In this document: positions 49,110 to 56,097 of the stretch, one piece after another | Numbering within the stretch: the first letter of the stretch is position 1 | How the letters are laid out: each line of letters opens with the position of its first letter | The notes under the pieces: generated by a model | What the model saw: the letters and a program-made list of their open reading frames with translations, nothing else | The model's database searches: none | Told to the model about the DNA's origin: nothing | Virus record (IMG/VR): IMGVR_UViG_3300020718_000007 | Coordinates: 84,390 to 148,389 of that record | Direction: 5' to 3' (one strand) | From: a virus | Lineage: Duplodnaviria > Heunggongvirae > Uroviricota > Caudoviricetes | DNA: 64,000 nucleotides | Program-made: the position numbers and the translations under genes

Positions 49110-49185
49110 CTCAGTTGGTTAGAGCATGTAATGTTCCGGGATCCTGGACTTACGCCGGTCGCTGGTTCGAGTCCAGCCCTCCCCA
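49100..49185 (+). tRNA. 86-nt tRNA-like gene with canonical acceptor, D and T arms but an 18-nt segment in place of the 7-nt anticodon loop (isotype unassigned)
   Basis: acceptor GGGGAGG/CCTCCCC, D arm GCTC-AGTTGGTTA-GAGC, T arm GCTGG-TTCGAGT-CCAGC; anticodon stem TGTAA/TTACG encloses TGTTCCGGGATCCTGGAC, which folds into a further 4-bp helix with a 9-nt loop; no U33 register available. Confidence 0.4.
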
Positions 49186-49277
49186 CTAGGAAATTGAAGA
49201 TCCAGGTGAGCACTCTTGGTGTGTTTGAAAGAGTAACACAAAGCATGGTTTGCATAATGCGTCAGTTTCCTTAAATC

Positions 49278-49361
49278 GGTAATGTAGCTGAGTTGGTTGC
49301 GAAAGCATATAGCGCTTGGTCTGAAAAACCAGAGACGTCGGTTCGATCCCGATCATTACCA
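49278..49361 (+). tRNA. 84-nt tRNA-like gene with a Phe-type anticodon arm (GAA) and a ~12-nt GNRA-hairpin insertion in the D loop
   Basis: acceptor GGTAATG/CATTACC, anticodon stem TTGGT/ACCAG with loop CTGAAAA, T arm GTCGG-TTCGATC-CCGAT; the D region GCTG-AGTTGGTTGCGAAAGCATA-TAGC contains the mini-hairpin TGC-GAAA-GCA. Confidence 0.4.
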
Positions 49362-49366
49362 CATAT

Positions 49367-49439
49367 TCTCCTTTAGCTCAGTTGGTAGAGTGGAGGCACT
49401 ACAAGCCTTAGGTCGTTGGTTCGAGTCCAGCAGGGAGAA
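49367..49439 (+). tRNA. tRNA with anticodon UAC (Val-like) and noncanonical C33
   Basis: acceptor TCTCCTT/AGGGAGA, anticodon stem GAGGC/GCCTT with loop ACTACAA, T arm GTTGG-TTCGAGT-CCAGC. Confidence 0.5.
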
Positions 49440-49447
49440 CATTAAAA

Positions 49448-49522
49448 GCACCTTTAGCTCAGTTGGTTCAGAGCAACGCCCTTACAAGGCGTGGGTCACT
49501 GGTTCGAATCCAGTAAGGTGCA
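49448..49522 (+). tRNA. tRNA-Val (anticodon UAC)
   Basis: acceptor GCACCTT/AAGGTGC, D arm GCTC-AGTTGGTTCA-GAGC, anticodon stem ACGCC/GGCGT with loop CTTACAA, T arm ACTGG-TTCGAAT-CCAGT. Confidence 0.8.
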
Positions 49523-49528
49523 CAATAA

Positions 49529-49601
49529 GGTCCGGTGGACAAGCGAGCAAGTCGTTTCCCTTTCACGGAAAAGATCACGGGTTTGAATCCCGTCCGGATC
49601 A
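49529..49601 (+). tRNA. tRNA-Glu (anticodon UUC)
   Basis: acceptor GGTCCGG/CCGGATC, anticodon stem TTTCC/GGAAA with loop CTTTCAC, T arm ACGGG-TTTGAAT-CCCGT. Confidence 0.75.
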
Positions 49602-49608
49602 CAAATAA

Positions 49609-49680
49609 CACCCATTGGACAAGTGGTTAAGTCGTCTCCCTTTCACGGAGGAGACAGGGGTTCGAATCCCCTATGGGTGA
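49609..49680 (+). tRNA. tRNA-Glu (anticodon UUC), second divergent copy
   Basis: acceptor CACCCAT/ATGGGTG, anticodon stem TCTCC/GGAGG with loop CTTTCAC, T arm AGGGG-TTCGAAT-CCCCT. Confidence 0.7.
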
Positions 49681-49690
49681 CAATTAAAAA

Positions 49691-49762
49691 GGTACCGTAT
49701 TTCAGCGGTAGAATGGCAGCTTGTCAAGCTGCAGGTCACGGGCTCGAATCCCGTCGGTACCT
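49691..49762 (+). tRNA. tRNA-Asp (anticodon GUC)
   Basis: acceptor GGTACCG/CGGTACC, anticodon stem GCAGC/GCTGC with loop TTGTCAA, T arm ACGGG-CTCGAAT-CCCGT. Confidence 0.75.
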
Positions 49763-49768
49763 CGCTAC

Positions 49769-49809
49769 GATTTCGTACTTTTTCTTGGATATATAGAATA
49801 AAACACTAT
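49769..49809 (+). repeat. direct repeat copy 2 (GATTTCGTACTTTTTCTTGGATATATAGAATAAAACACTAT) upstream of the second GIY-YIG gene
   Basis: matches 48431-48470 with a few substitutions; the homology continues into both ORF starts (ATGCCAAG). Confidence 0.7.
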
Positions 49810-50466
49810 ATGCCAAGAAAAAAACACGAATATCATTATATTTACAAAACTACAAACATCCTAAATAACCGATATTATATAGGAATGCACTCTACCTCTA
49901 ATTTAGAGGATGGGTATTTAGGATCTGGTAGGAGAATAAGGGATTCAATAAATAAGTATGGTAAAGATAATCATATTAAGGAGATTTTGGAATTTTTACC
50001 AAATAGGAAGTTCTTAACTTTACGGGAGGAAGAAATAGTAAATAATGAATTATTAATTGATCCGTTATGTATGAACCTTAGAATAGGAGGAGATCCAGGA
50101 GCTACTGAATGGACGATAGAACAAAGAATATTGGGAGGTAAAAATGGTGGATTTAATACAGCTAAGAGTGAAAAGGAAAATCCGGTAATAGCTAAAAATC
50201 AATGGAATAATAGGTCTTTAATTATGAAAGAATGCCATCGTTTAGGTAAAATAAAATATGATACTTTTACTGGTAAAAAACATAACGAAGAATCTAAGAA
50301 ATTGATAGGAACTAAAAATTCAAATAAACAAAAAGGAATAAAAAATTCTCAATATGGAACAATTTGGATTAACAAAGATGGTATTGATAAAAAAGTAAAA
50401 AAAGAATACTTCTCTAATTATTTAGAAGAAGGATGGGTAAAAGGAAGAAATAAAAAGGTCTTGTAG
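49810..50466 (+). mobile_element. GIY-YIG homing endonuclease gene (copy B, paralog of 48471-49109)
   Basis: EYHYIYKTTNILNNRYYIGMHST...DGYLGSG; same N-terminal and C-terminal architecture as copy A; its stop codon (50464-50466) lies inside the 5' end of the following tRNA-Asp. Confidence 0.7.
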
Positions 50467-50531
50467 GGGAGTTGGCCGTCCCCGTCGCCCTGTCACGGCG
50501 AAGATCGCGGGTTCAAATCCCGTCGAGACCG
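50457..50531 (+). tRNA. tRNA-Asp (anticodon GUC), second divergent copy
   Basis: acceptor GGTCTTG/CGAGACC, D arm GGGG-AGTTGGCCGT-CCCC, anticodon stem TCGCC/GGCGA with loop CTGTCAC, T arm GCGGG-TTCAAAT-CCCGT. Confidence 0.7.
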
Positions 50532-50539
50532 CTAAATTT

Positions 50540-50610
50540 GGAGTGTTAGTTTAATTGGCTCGAATACCCTTGCGATCGGGGGAGATGAGGTTCAAGTCCT
50601 CTACATTCCG
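50540..50610 (+). tRNA. tRNA-like element (good acceptor and T arm; D and anticodon arms do not fold canonically; isotype unassigned)
   Basis: acceptor GGAGTGT/ACATTCC, T arm GAGG-TTCAAGT-CCTC; a possible loop TTGCGAT (GCG) lacks a proper stem. Confidence 0.3.
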
Positions 50611-50840
50611 CAAATAGAGTAGAAATGGCAAAGATTATTTTCCAAAAGAAAAAGGCATAGAAATTATTAGAAGATAAGAAATCTAGATTTTCTCTATTCG
50701 TTAAGAAGAATAACGAATTAAAGACTTTGGGAAGGGACTACATAGAAGGTGAAGTAGAAGAACTATATGTATTTTTCCAAAGCGGAATAGACCCAGAATG
50801 GGAGGGAAGGATGGGGACATTATTATAATAAGGTTAGTCA

Positions 50841-50872
50841 TCGCACGCGTGCGCTCACGCACACGCTCGCAC
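50841..50872 (+). repeat. GC-rich palindromic element TCGCACGCGTGCGCTCACGCACACGCTCGCAC
   Basis: 12-nt perfect palindrome CGCACGCGTGCG plus CGCAC-type repeats in an AT-rich intergenic region 26 nt upstream of the 50899 gene. Confidence 0.5.
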
Positions 50873-50898
50873 TTCTTATTATTATACAAAAATAAAAA

Positions 50899-51498
50899 AT
50901 GCCGGTAGGGAACTTCAAATGTAGTTATTGTAATAAACTATTCAATAATGGAAAATCCTTAGGAGGACATAAAACTTGGTGTGAAAGTAATCCTTTAAAT
51001 AAAGAAACCAGGAAAAAATTATCAGATATAGCAAAAAACCAAACTTGGACTAAAGAAAGTAGAGAAAAAGCATCTATAAAAAGAATTACTGTTATTGAAA
51101 AATCTGGTATAATTGGAGGATTCAAAGGTATAAAATGCTTTAATGTTAAATGTGAATCCACTGGAATTAATTATATAGTTAGAGGAACTTGGGAATTAAG
51201 AGTTGCAATGTTTTTGAATAGAAATGGTATAATTTGGGAAAATAAAAATAGAATCAGTTATAACGATAACGGAATACTCAGAAATTATTTACCTGATTTT
51301 TATTTACCTTTTGAGAAAATATATTTGGAAGTAAAAGGATACTTTAAGATTAAAGATAAAATTAAAATGAACTTAGTTAAGGAACAAACAAATTTAAATA
51401 TCTATATTATTGATAAGTATATTATATCAAAAATAGAAAATACTAATAATTTAGAATCCATATTAACTAAAAAATATCAGGGGAATGGGACTGCATAG
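50899..51498 (+). mobile_element. putative endonuclease gene with N-terminal C2H2-like Zn finger and C-terminal PD-(D/E)XK-like motif (paralogous C-terminus to the 35742-36992 gene)
   Basis: CSYCNKLFNNGKSLGGHKTWC zinc finger; LPDFYLPFEKIYLEVKGYF matches IDIYIIPDNKVIEVKSEF in the minus-strand gene. Confidence 0.4.
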
Positions 51499-51932
51499 GA
51501 GTGGTCACCTCACTTGCACTGAGGAAAACAGAGGGAATCGTTCTCCCTATTCTCCACCAAAAATAACTCAATATGAGAGAACTAACACCAGAAATACTAA
51601 TTGAATTAGGTTATAAAAGATGGAACAATGGTAGTCCATATAACGTTGGCACTAGGGAAAACAAAAAAGAAAACCGACAAATAAAAAACCAATACAATGG
51701 AACAGAATAAAGGAGGGACCACGCCGGTCGCACAAAAGACCAGAAATTAAAAGAGATTTCTGGTCGTGTAGGAACAAGACACCAGAGGAAACTAAGGAAG
51801 TACTCTGAAGGATTTAATGAGAAATTCCATTTCTTTTTTAAGTCATATCGAACAGGCATTTTAACTTTCTGTGGAGAAGCAGTAGAACCCCAATTCAATA
51901 TTAATGAGGTTAATGCAAAAGAAGGCTTTAGA

Positions 51933-52280
51933 TTGTACGATGATGGACATTACAGTATGGGTAAGAATAAAATGGTTACCTGCCATCCAAATGTACTTAA
52001 AGCGGTAGTAACAGGCAAAAAAGCTTGGGGACTTTGGCTTGATCAATGGACAGATGGAATAGTAGAATGGAGTTTTACCGTAGAAGAAATTCTTGGTGAA
52101 TTTAAAATCCAGGGAATTAAAATTCCAGAATCGTTTTTAAAAGATTTCCATAATAGACTACAAAAGAAGAAGGATAAAAGAGACCTAGCTTACTTAGATC
52201 AACTAAGAAAAGAAAGAATAGGAAAGGTCTACGAATATCCAGGATGCAATTGTAGAGTAAAAATAAAATCATTGAAATGA
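51933..52280 (+). CDS. hypothetical protein
   Basis: 115-aa ORF. Confidence 0.3.
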   Translation: MYDDGHYSMGKNKMVTCHPNVLKAVVTGKKAWGLWLDQWTDGIVEWSFTVEEILGEFKIQGIKIPESFLKDFHNRLQKKKDKRDLAYLDQLRKERIGKVYEYPGCNCRVKIKSLK

Positions 52281-52455
52281 GCAACAGATCAAACAGAGAA
52301 ATAGCCGACATCGATACCCTGTTAAGTACCGGTCACCTATTAAGTAAGTACATTGAAAAAATGAATGCTATTAAAAAACTAGCTGCAGATTATCCAAATG
52401 ATTTAGAATTTGGAACTAAAGTAAGGGCTTTGATAGAAGGTAAAATTATCCAATA

Positions 52456-52653
52456 ATGACAAAGGAAGAATTTCTCTCGCTTAAAAAAGGTGAGTCCGTA
52501 TTTTACTGCGGATCCTCCTATACTATTTTTGATTTACATCCAAGGTGTAATACCATTGTATTATTTCAGAAATGCTATAGGAGGAAGAAAGGATTTCACA
52601 ATATGGAGGTTAAATACACATTTTGTAATAGATTCGGTAGCTCAGTTGGTTAG
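52456..52653 (+). CDS. hypothetical small protein whose 3' end overlaps tRNA-Val
   Basis: 65-aa ORF; its last 23 nt overlap the tRNA 5' end. Confidence 0.3.
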   Translation: MTKEEFLSLKKGESVFYCGSSYTIFDLHPRCNTIVLFQKCYRRKKGFHNMEVKYTFCNRFGSSVG

Positions 52654-52704
52654 AGTATTACCATGACAAGGTAAGGGTCGGGAGTTCGAATCTCCCCTGG
52701 ATCA
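52631..52704 (+). tRNA. tRNA-Val (anticodon GAC)
   Basis: acceptor GATTCGG/CTGGATC (two G-U pairs), D arm GCTC-AGTTGGTTA-GAGT, anticodon stem TTACC/GGTAA with loop ATGACAA, T arm GGGAG-TTCGAAT-CTCCC. Confidence 0.7.
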
Positions 52705-52723
52705 CATTAATAAAACAATTTTT

Positions 52724-53047
52724 ATGAGTAACAGTAGAAGATATTATGTCTATATGAAGAGCGGAAGGAAATTCTGCGTAGAAGAATATGGTGATCCTCA
52801 TATAAAATGGGGTAATATTGATCCTGCTACAAAGAGGCTGGAAATAGTTAAATCCAAGGATGATGAGATTATAGACAAAACTAATACTTTCATTACCAAA
52901 GAAAATGGTTTCCGTAATATTTGTATGTTGGAAATGGGAACATCGCCAATGGCTTATATTGAAGCCTTAGATGACAGTGGAGTGGAAAGGTTCGAAGGAG
53001 CCGATTTTGTAACTTATGAAGATCCAATATTAATAGGAGAGGGATAA
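52724..53047 (+). CDS. hypothetical protein
   Basis: 107-aa ORF. Confidence 0.35.
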   Translation: MSNSRRYYVYMKSGRKFCVEEYGDPHIKWGNIDPATKRLEIVKSKDDEIIDKTNTFITKENGFRNICMLEMGTSPMAYIEALDDSGVERFEGADFVTYEDPILIGEG

Positions 53048-53054
53048 ATATAGC

Positions 53055-53525
53055 ATGTGCTTAAATCCATCTAATAAATATTGTCCTCTTTGTAAAAAAG
53101 ATCTGGATATATCAAATTTCAAAATAAGAAAACAATATGGTAAAAATCATTATAACTCATATTGTAATACTTGTAAGAGAGATAAATTAACCAATTACAA
53201 GAATAATAAAAGATCTACAAAGGAAGGAATTTTATATTACAATTTATCCAATTATAAAAATACAGATAAGAGGAGAGGATTTAACTTTGATTTAGATTTG
53301 AAATTTCTTATTGAACTTTGTAGTAAACCATGTATATATTGCGGGGATACAGAAAAAATAGGAGCGGATAGAATTGATAATAATAAAGGGCACACGAAAG
53401 ATAATGTAGTTCCCTGTTGTTTTAGTTGTAATAAAACTAGATTAGACCTTTATTCATTTGAGGAGATGCTAATTTTAGGAAAGGCAATACGGGAAATTAA
53501 ACTTAGAAGAAGATGTACTACTTAA
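53055..53525 (+). mobile_element. HNH homing endonuclease gene
   Basis: N-terminal CxxC...CxxC Zn ribbon; HNH core CIYCGDTEKIGADRIDNNKGHTKDNVVPCCFSCNK. Confidence 0.65.
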
Positions 53526-54289
53526 TACAAAAAAACACCTGGGGAGAAAGGAACTACGATCGAATGATCGAAGGCCTCGAAAGGTTGGGTATGGGGTACG
53601 AAATCTGTAGATTTATACCTTTCATACACGAAGTTGAATTTGAAACTGACAGAAAGGACATTTGGTGTTTTGGTGCATATTCTATGACCAATACGGCACA
53701 GAAGTACGGATGGACTCCTGGTACTATGGCTAATGAAAATCATGACCTTGAAGTATATGGACCTAAGTATGGAGAGCATATGTTGAACCACGAAGGTATT
53801 TGTATGGAATTTACAGATCCTTTGCCAGATAGCGAAGAGTATGATATGTTTTTTGCTCGTCCAACAAAGGACACTAAAATGTTTTCTGGTCAAGTATTTA
53901 TGAGAGATGCTTGGGATGCTTATGTAGCAAAAACCAAAGCTAATGATACCAGTGCCCTAATCTCTGCCGAAAGTAGGATTTTGATAAGCCCACTGAAAAA
54001 TATCCACCAGGAAATTCGTTGTTGGGTAGTAAATGGAAAGGTAATTACTATTAGTCAATATAAATTAGGCTATAGAGTTACTTATCAAAATTTGGACCAT
54101 GACGAAGAAGCAATGGCATTCGCACAAAAGATGGTTGATATATTTCAACCAGCAAAAGCATTTGTTATTGATATTTGTAGGACAAGTGAAGGAATGAAAG
54201 TCGTAGAAGTTAACTGTATTAATAGTGCAGGATTTTATGATATGAATTTCCAAAAACTGATAATGGCATTGGAAGAAGAATTTAATTAG
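53513..54289 (+). CDS. ATP-grasp-fold protein (phage R2K-like clade?)
   Basis: C-terminal EIRCWVVNGKVITISQY ... AFVIDICRTSEGMKVVEVNCINSAGF fits the ATP-grasp catalytic strands. Confidence 0.4.
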   Translation: MYYLIQKNTWGERNYDRMIEGLERLGMGYEICRFIPFIHEVEFETDRKDIWCFGAYSMTNTAQKYGWTPGTMANENHDLEVYGPKYGEHMLNHEGICMEFTDPLPDSEEYDMFFARPTKDTKMFSGQVFMRDAWDAYVAKTKANDTSALISAESRILISPLKNIHQEIRCWVVNGKVITISQYKLGYRVTYQNLDHDEEAMAFAQKMVDIFQPAKAFVIDICRTSEGMKVVEVNCINSAGFYDMNFQKLIMALEEEFN

Positions 54290-54510
54290 TATGGGACCAG
54301 GAACACGAGTTAAAATGTCAAAGAAGTTAAAAAGATGCTACGTTCTAATGGCTCTGGTGATCACGTAAAAGAGTTTGGAAGGTGCGAAGGAATTGTAGGA
54401 GAGCATCTCTCACACAATGGAATAGATTGGCCAGAAGTAAATGTAAAATGGGAACCATCTGGACTTAGATACGGGTATTTACCAGAGTACTTAGAAGTAG
54501 TAAAATAAAT

Positions 54511-54583
54511 ACCCTGTTGGTGCAACGGCTAAACATAACGGCTTCCAACCCCGCAGATACAAGTTCGAATCTTGTACAGGGTT
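54511..54583 (+). tRNA. degenerate tRNA-like element (Gly-UCC-type loop CTTCCAA, weak anticodon and D stems)
   Basis: perfect acceptor ACCCTGT/ACAGGGT and T arm ACAAG-TTCGAAT-CTTGT; internal direct repeat AACGGCT x2; alternative pairing GTTGG/CCAAC. Confidence 0.35.
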
Positions 54584-54599
54584 CAATTATAAACAAACT

Positions 54600-54740
54600 A
54601 AAAGTCTACAGGAACTTTACCCTGTGTGCAGTAGAGATTAACTAGATAGGATTAACCAGGCTGGGCTTGATAAGCCGGCATTCCGGGTGCAAACCCCAGG
54701 CGTCCCCCGAAACATGATGCGGATGTAATGGTAATAGTTA
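54600..54740 (+). ncRNA. GC-rich structured non-coding region, candidate small stable RNA (analogous to the T4 species 1 and 2 RNAs in its tRNA region)
   Basis: no ORF; composition departs from the AT-rich background; nested helices CTGGG...CCCAG enclosing GCCGG-CATT-CCGGG. Confidence 0.25.
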
Positions 54741-54777
54741 ATCGGCAGTATTATTAAGTGAACTAAACTTTTTAATT

Positions 54778-54927
54778 ATGTGTAAGATCAGACCCGGAAA
54801 CAAGATCAACTCCTGGCTAAATGGAGAATGGGCAAAACATGGCAAACCTTTTGGAAAGAAAAAGGCAGCCAGTAAAAGAAGAATGCTGGATAAGAAAATT
54901 ATCCGGGATTCTCTGCAGGAAGAATAA
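54778..54927 (+). CDS. possible small basic protein (49 aa)
   Basis: MCKIRPGNKINSWLNGEWAKHGKPFGKKKAASKRRMLDKKIIRDSLQEE; below the ORF-track size cut-off. Confidence 0.25.
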   Translation: MCKIRPGNKINSWLNGEWAKHGKPFGKKKAASKRRMLDKKIIRDSLQEE

Positions 54928-54931
54928 AATT

Positions 54932-55016
54932 ACGGGGATAGCTTAATTGGTAGAGCGGCCTCTCGCAAAGGGGTAGGTGTTTAAGCTGCAGCTTGGTTCG
55001 AATCCGTCTCCCCGTG
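54932..55016 (+). tRNA. 85-nt tRNA-like element (Cys-type loop TCGCAAA with C33; palindromic insert AAGCTGCAGCTT; T stem only 3 bp), possible pseudogene
   Basis: acceptor ACGGGGA/TCCCCGT, D arm GCTT-AATTGGTA-GAGC, anticodon stem GCCTC/GGGGT; T loop TTCGAAT present but poorly paired. Confidence 0.3.
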
Positions 55017-55033
55017 CTATTAAATAAACAAAA

Positions 55034-55507
55034 ATGGAAAACACAACGACTCCTTCAATCAAGGATTTAATTAAAAACAACACTGCATCATTCTCACACA
55101 TGTTGGCAGCACATGACATATTAGTTTACAAATTAAACTATATGGGATTTACGTATGAATTTGGTATTCCTGTTTCCGACCTAGGAGAAGCAACCGTTTC
55201 CCGCGAGGAAAAAGCCATTACTCTTATGAGGTATCTCCGTAAGGCTATGGAAAAAGACCAGCTTACAAAACATACGGCTTGTTTTCCTGGTGGATATGAG
55301 CCTACATCATATGCGATCTATTCACATTATCGTGCAGGTGTTTTATATTACCAAATTAACGAAGATGGAAAGAATTATAGCTTTCCCATTCGTAAGGAGG
55401 ATCTCGCCGAAATAGGAGAAGATAAACTTTACTGGAATGAAAGTAAGGATATACTATCAAATGTTATTAAAAAGGCCAAAGAGGCTAATGAATTCCACCT
55501 ATGTTAA
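55034..55507 (+). CDS. hypothetical protein
   Basis: 157-aa ORF. Confidence 0.35.
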   Translation: MENTTTPSIKDLIKNNTASFSHMLAAHDILVYKLNYMGFTYEFGIPVSDLGEATVSREEKAITLMRYLRKAMEKDQLTKHTACFPGGYEPTSYAIYSHYRAGVLYYQINEDGKNYSFPIRKEDLAEIGEDKLYWNESKDILSNVIKKAKEANEFHLC

Positions 55508-55582
55508 TTATTCGCAAGAGTTAAAAAACGGGCAGAATTTTTTAATCTGGTTTTTCATATAATTATAAATCAAAATTCCAAA

Positions 55583-56002
55583 ATGTACAATTTATTCTTG
55601 GATGATATTAGAACCCAGCATATGTGTGAATATATGCCAAATGCTTCTTTCTATCGAAAGACTGACTGGGTTATTGTTAGGGATTATCCACAATTTTGTG
55701 AGGTAATTACTAAGAAATGGCACGAAGAAAAAGAATGGCCAGAGGTTGTTTCTTTTGACCATGATCTGGGTGTTAGTCATTACAAAGATTCCTTCATTAC
55801 AGAGGAACAATATGATGAACACTATGTTGGTTTAGAAGAAAAGACTGGTATGGATTGTGCAAAATGGCTGGCAAATTTCTGTATGGAAAATGGATTAGTG
55901 TTACCTCGTTGCATGGTGCATAGTCAAAATACAGTTGGTGCAAAAAATATCCAGAGTTTCTTAGAAAGCTTTATGAGACACCAAACAAGTGAAAAATTAT
56001 AA
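55583..56002 (+). CDS. hypothetical protein with conserved DDxR / DHDLG / TGxDxAKWL / HSxN motif pattern
   Basis: 139-aa ORF; the motif pattern suggests a small enzyme, but I cannot identify the family. Confidence 0.35.
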   Translation: MYNLFLDDIRTQHMCEYMPNASFYRKTDWVIVRDYPQFCEVITKKWHEEKEWPEVVSFDHDLGVSHYKDSFITEEQYDEHYVGLEEKTGMDCAKWLANFCMENGLVLPRCMVHSQNTVGAKNIQSFLESFMRHQTSEKL

Positions 56003-56097
56003 ACCATTCATATTCAAAAAACAAATATTCATCAAAGGATTTTTTAATCAGATTTTTTTCTTTATATTTGTAATGTGAAAATTTATTTAATAACGAA

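Noticed and set aside
49100-49185. Interpretation of the 86-nt tRNA-like gene as a class II (long variable arm) tRNA or as a tRNA with a canonical 37/38 intron
   Set aside because: The extra nucleotides lie inside the anticodon stem-loop, not in the variable region. No splice register yields a 7-nt loop with U33 and a purine at 37, so it is kept as an unassigned tRNA-like gene.
49297-49608. 103-aa + strand ORF across four tRNA genes, and the minus-strand ORF 49067-49255
   Set aside because: The explanation is the same: this is read-through of tRNA sequences, not protein-coding.
48431-49809. Possibility that the two ~40-nt direct repeats are a CRISPR-like or att-site duplication
   Set aside because: There are only two copies, 1.3 kb apart, and the homology continues into the homing-endonuclease start codons. 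This fits a duplicated mobile cassette and promoter, not a CRISPR array or integration site.
48213-55016. tRNA cluster as a prophage attachment site or integrative-element boundary
   Set aside because: No integrase, no flanking direct repeats of a tRNA 3' end, and phage genes continue on both sides. It is a phage-encoded tRNA array.
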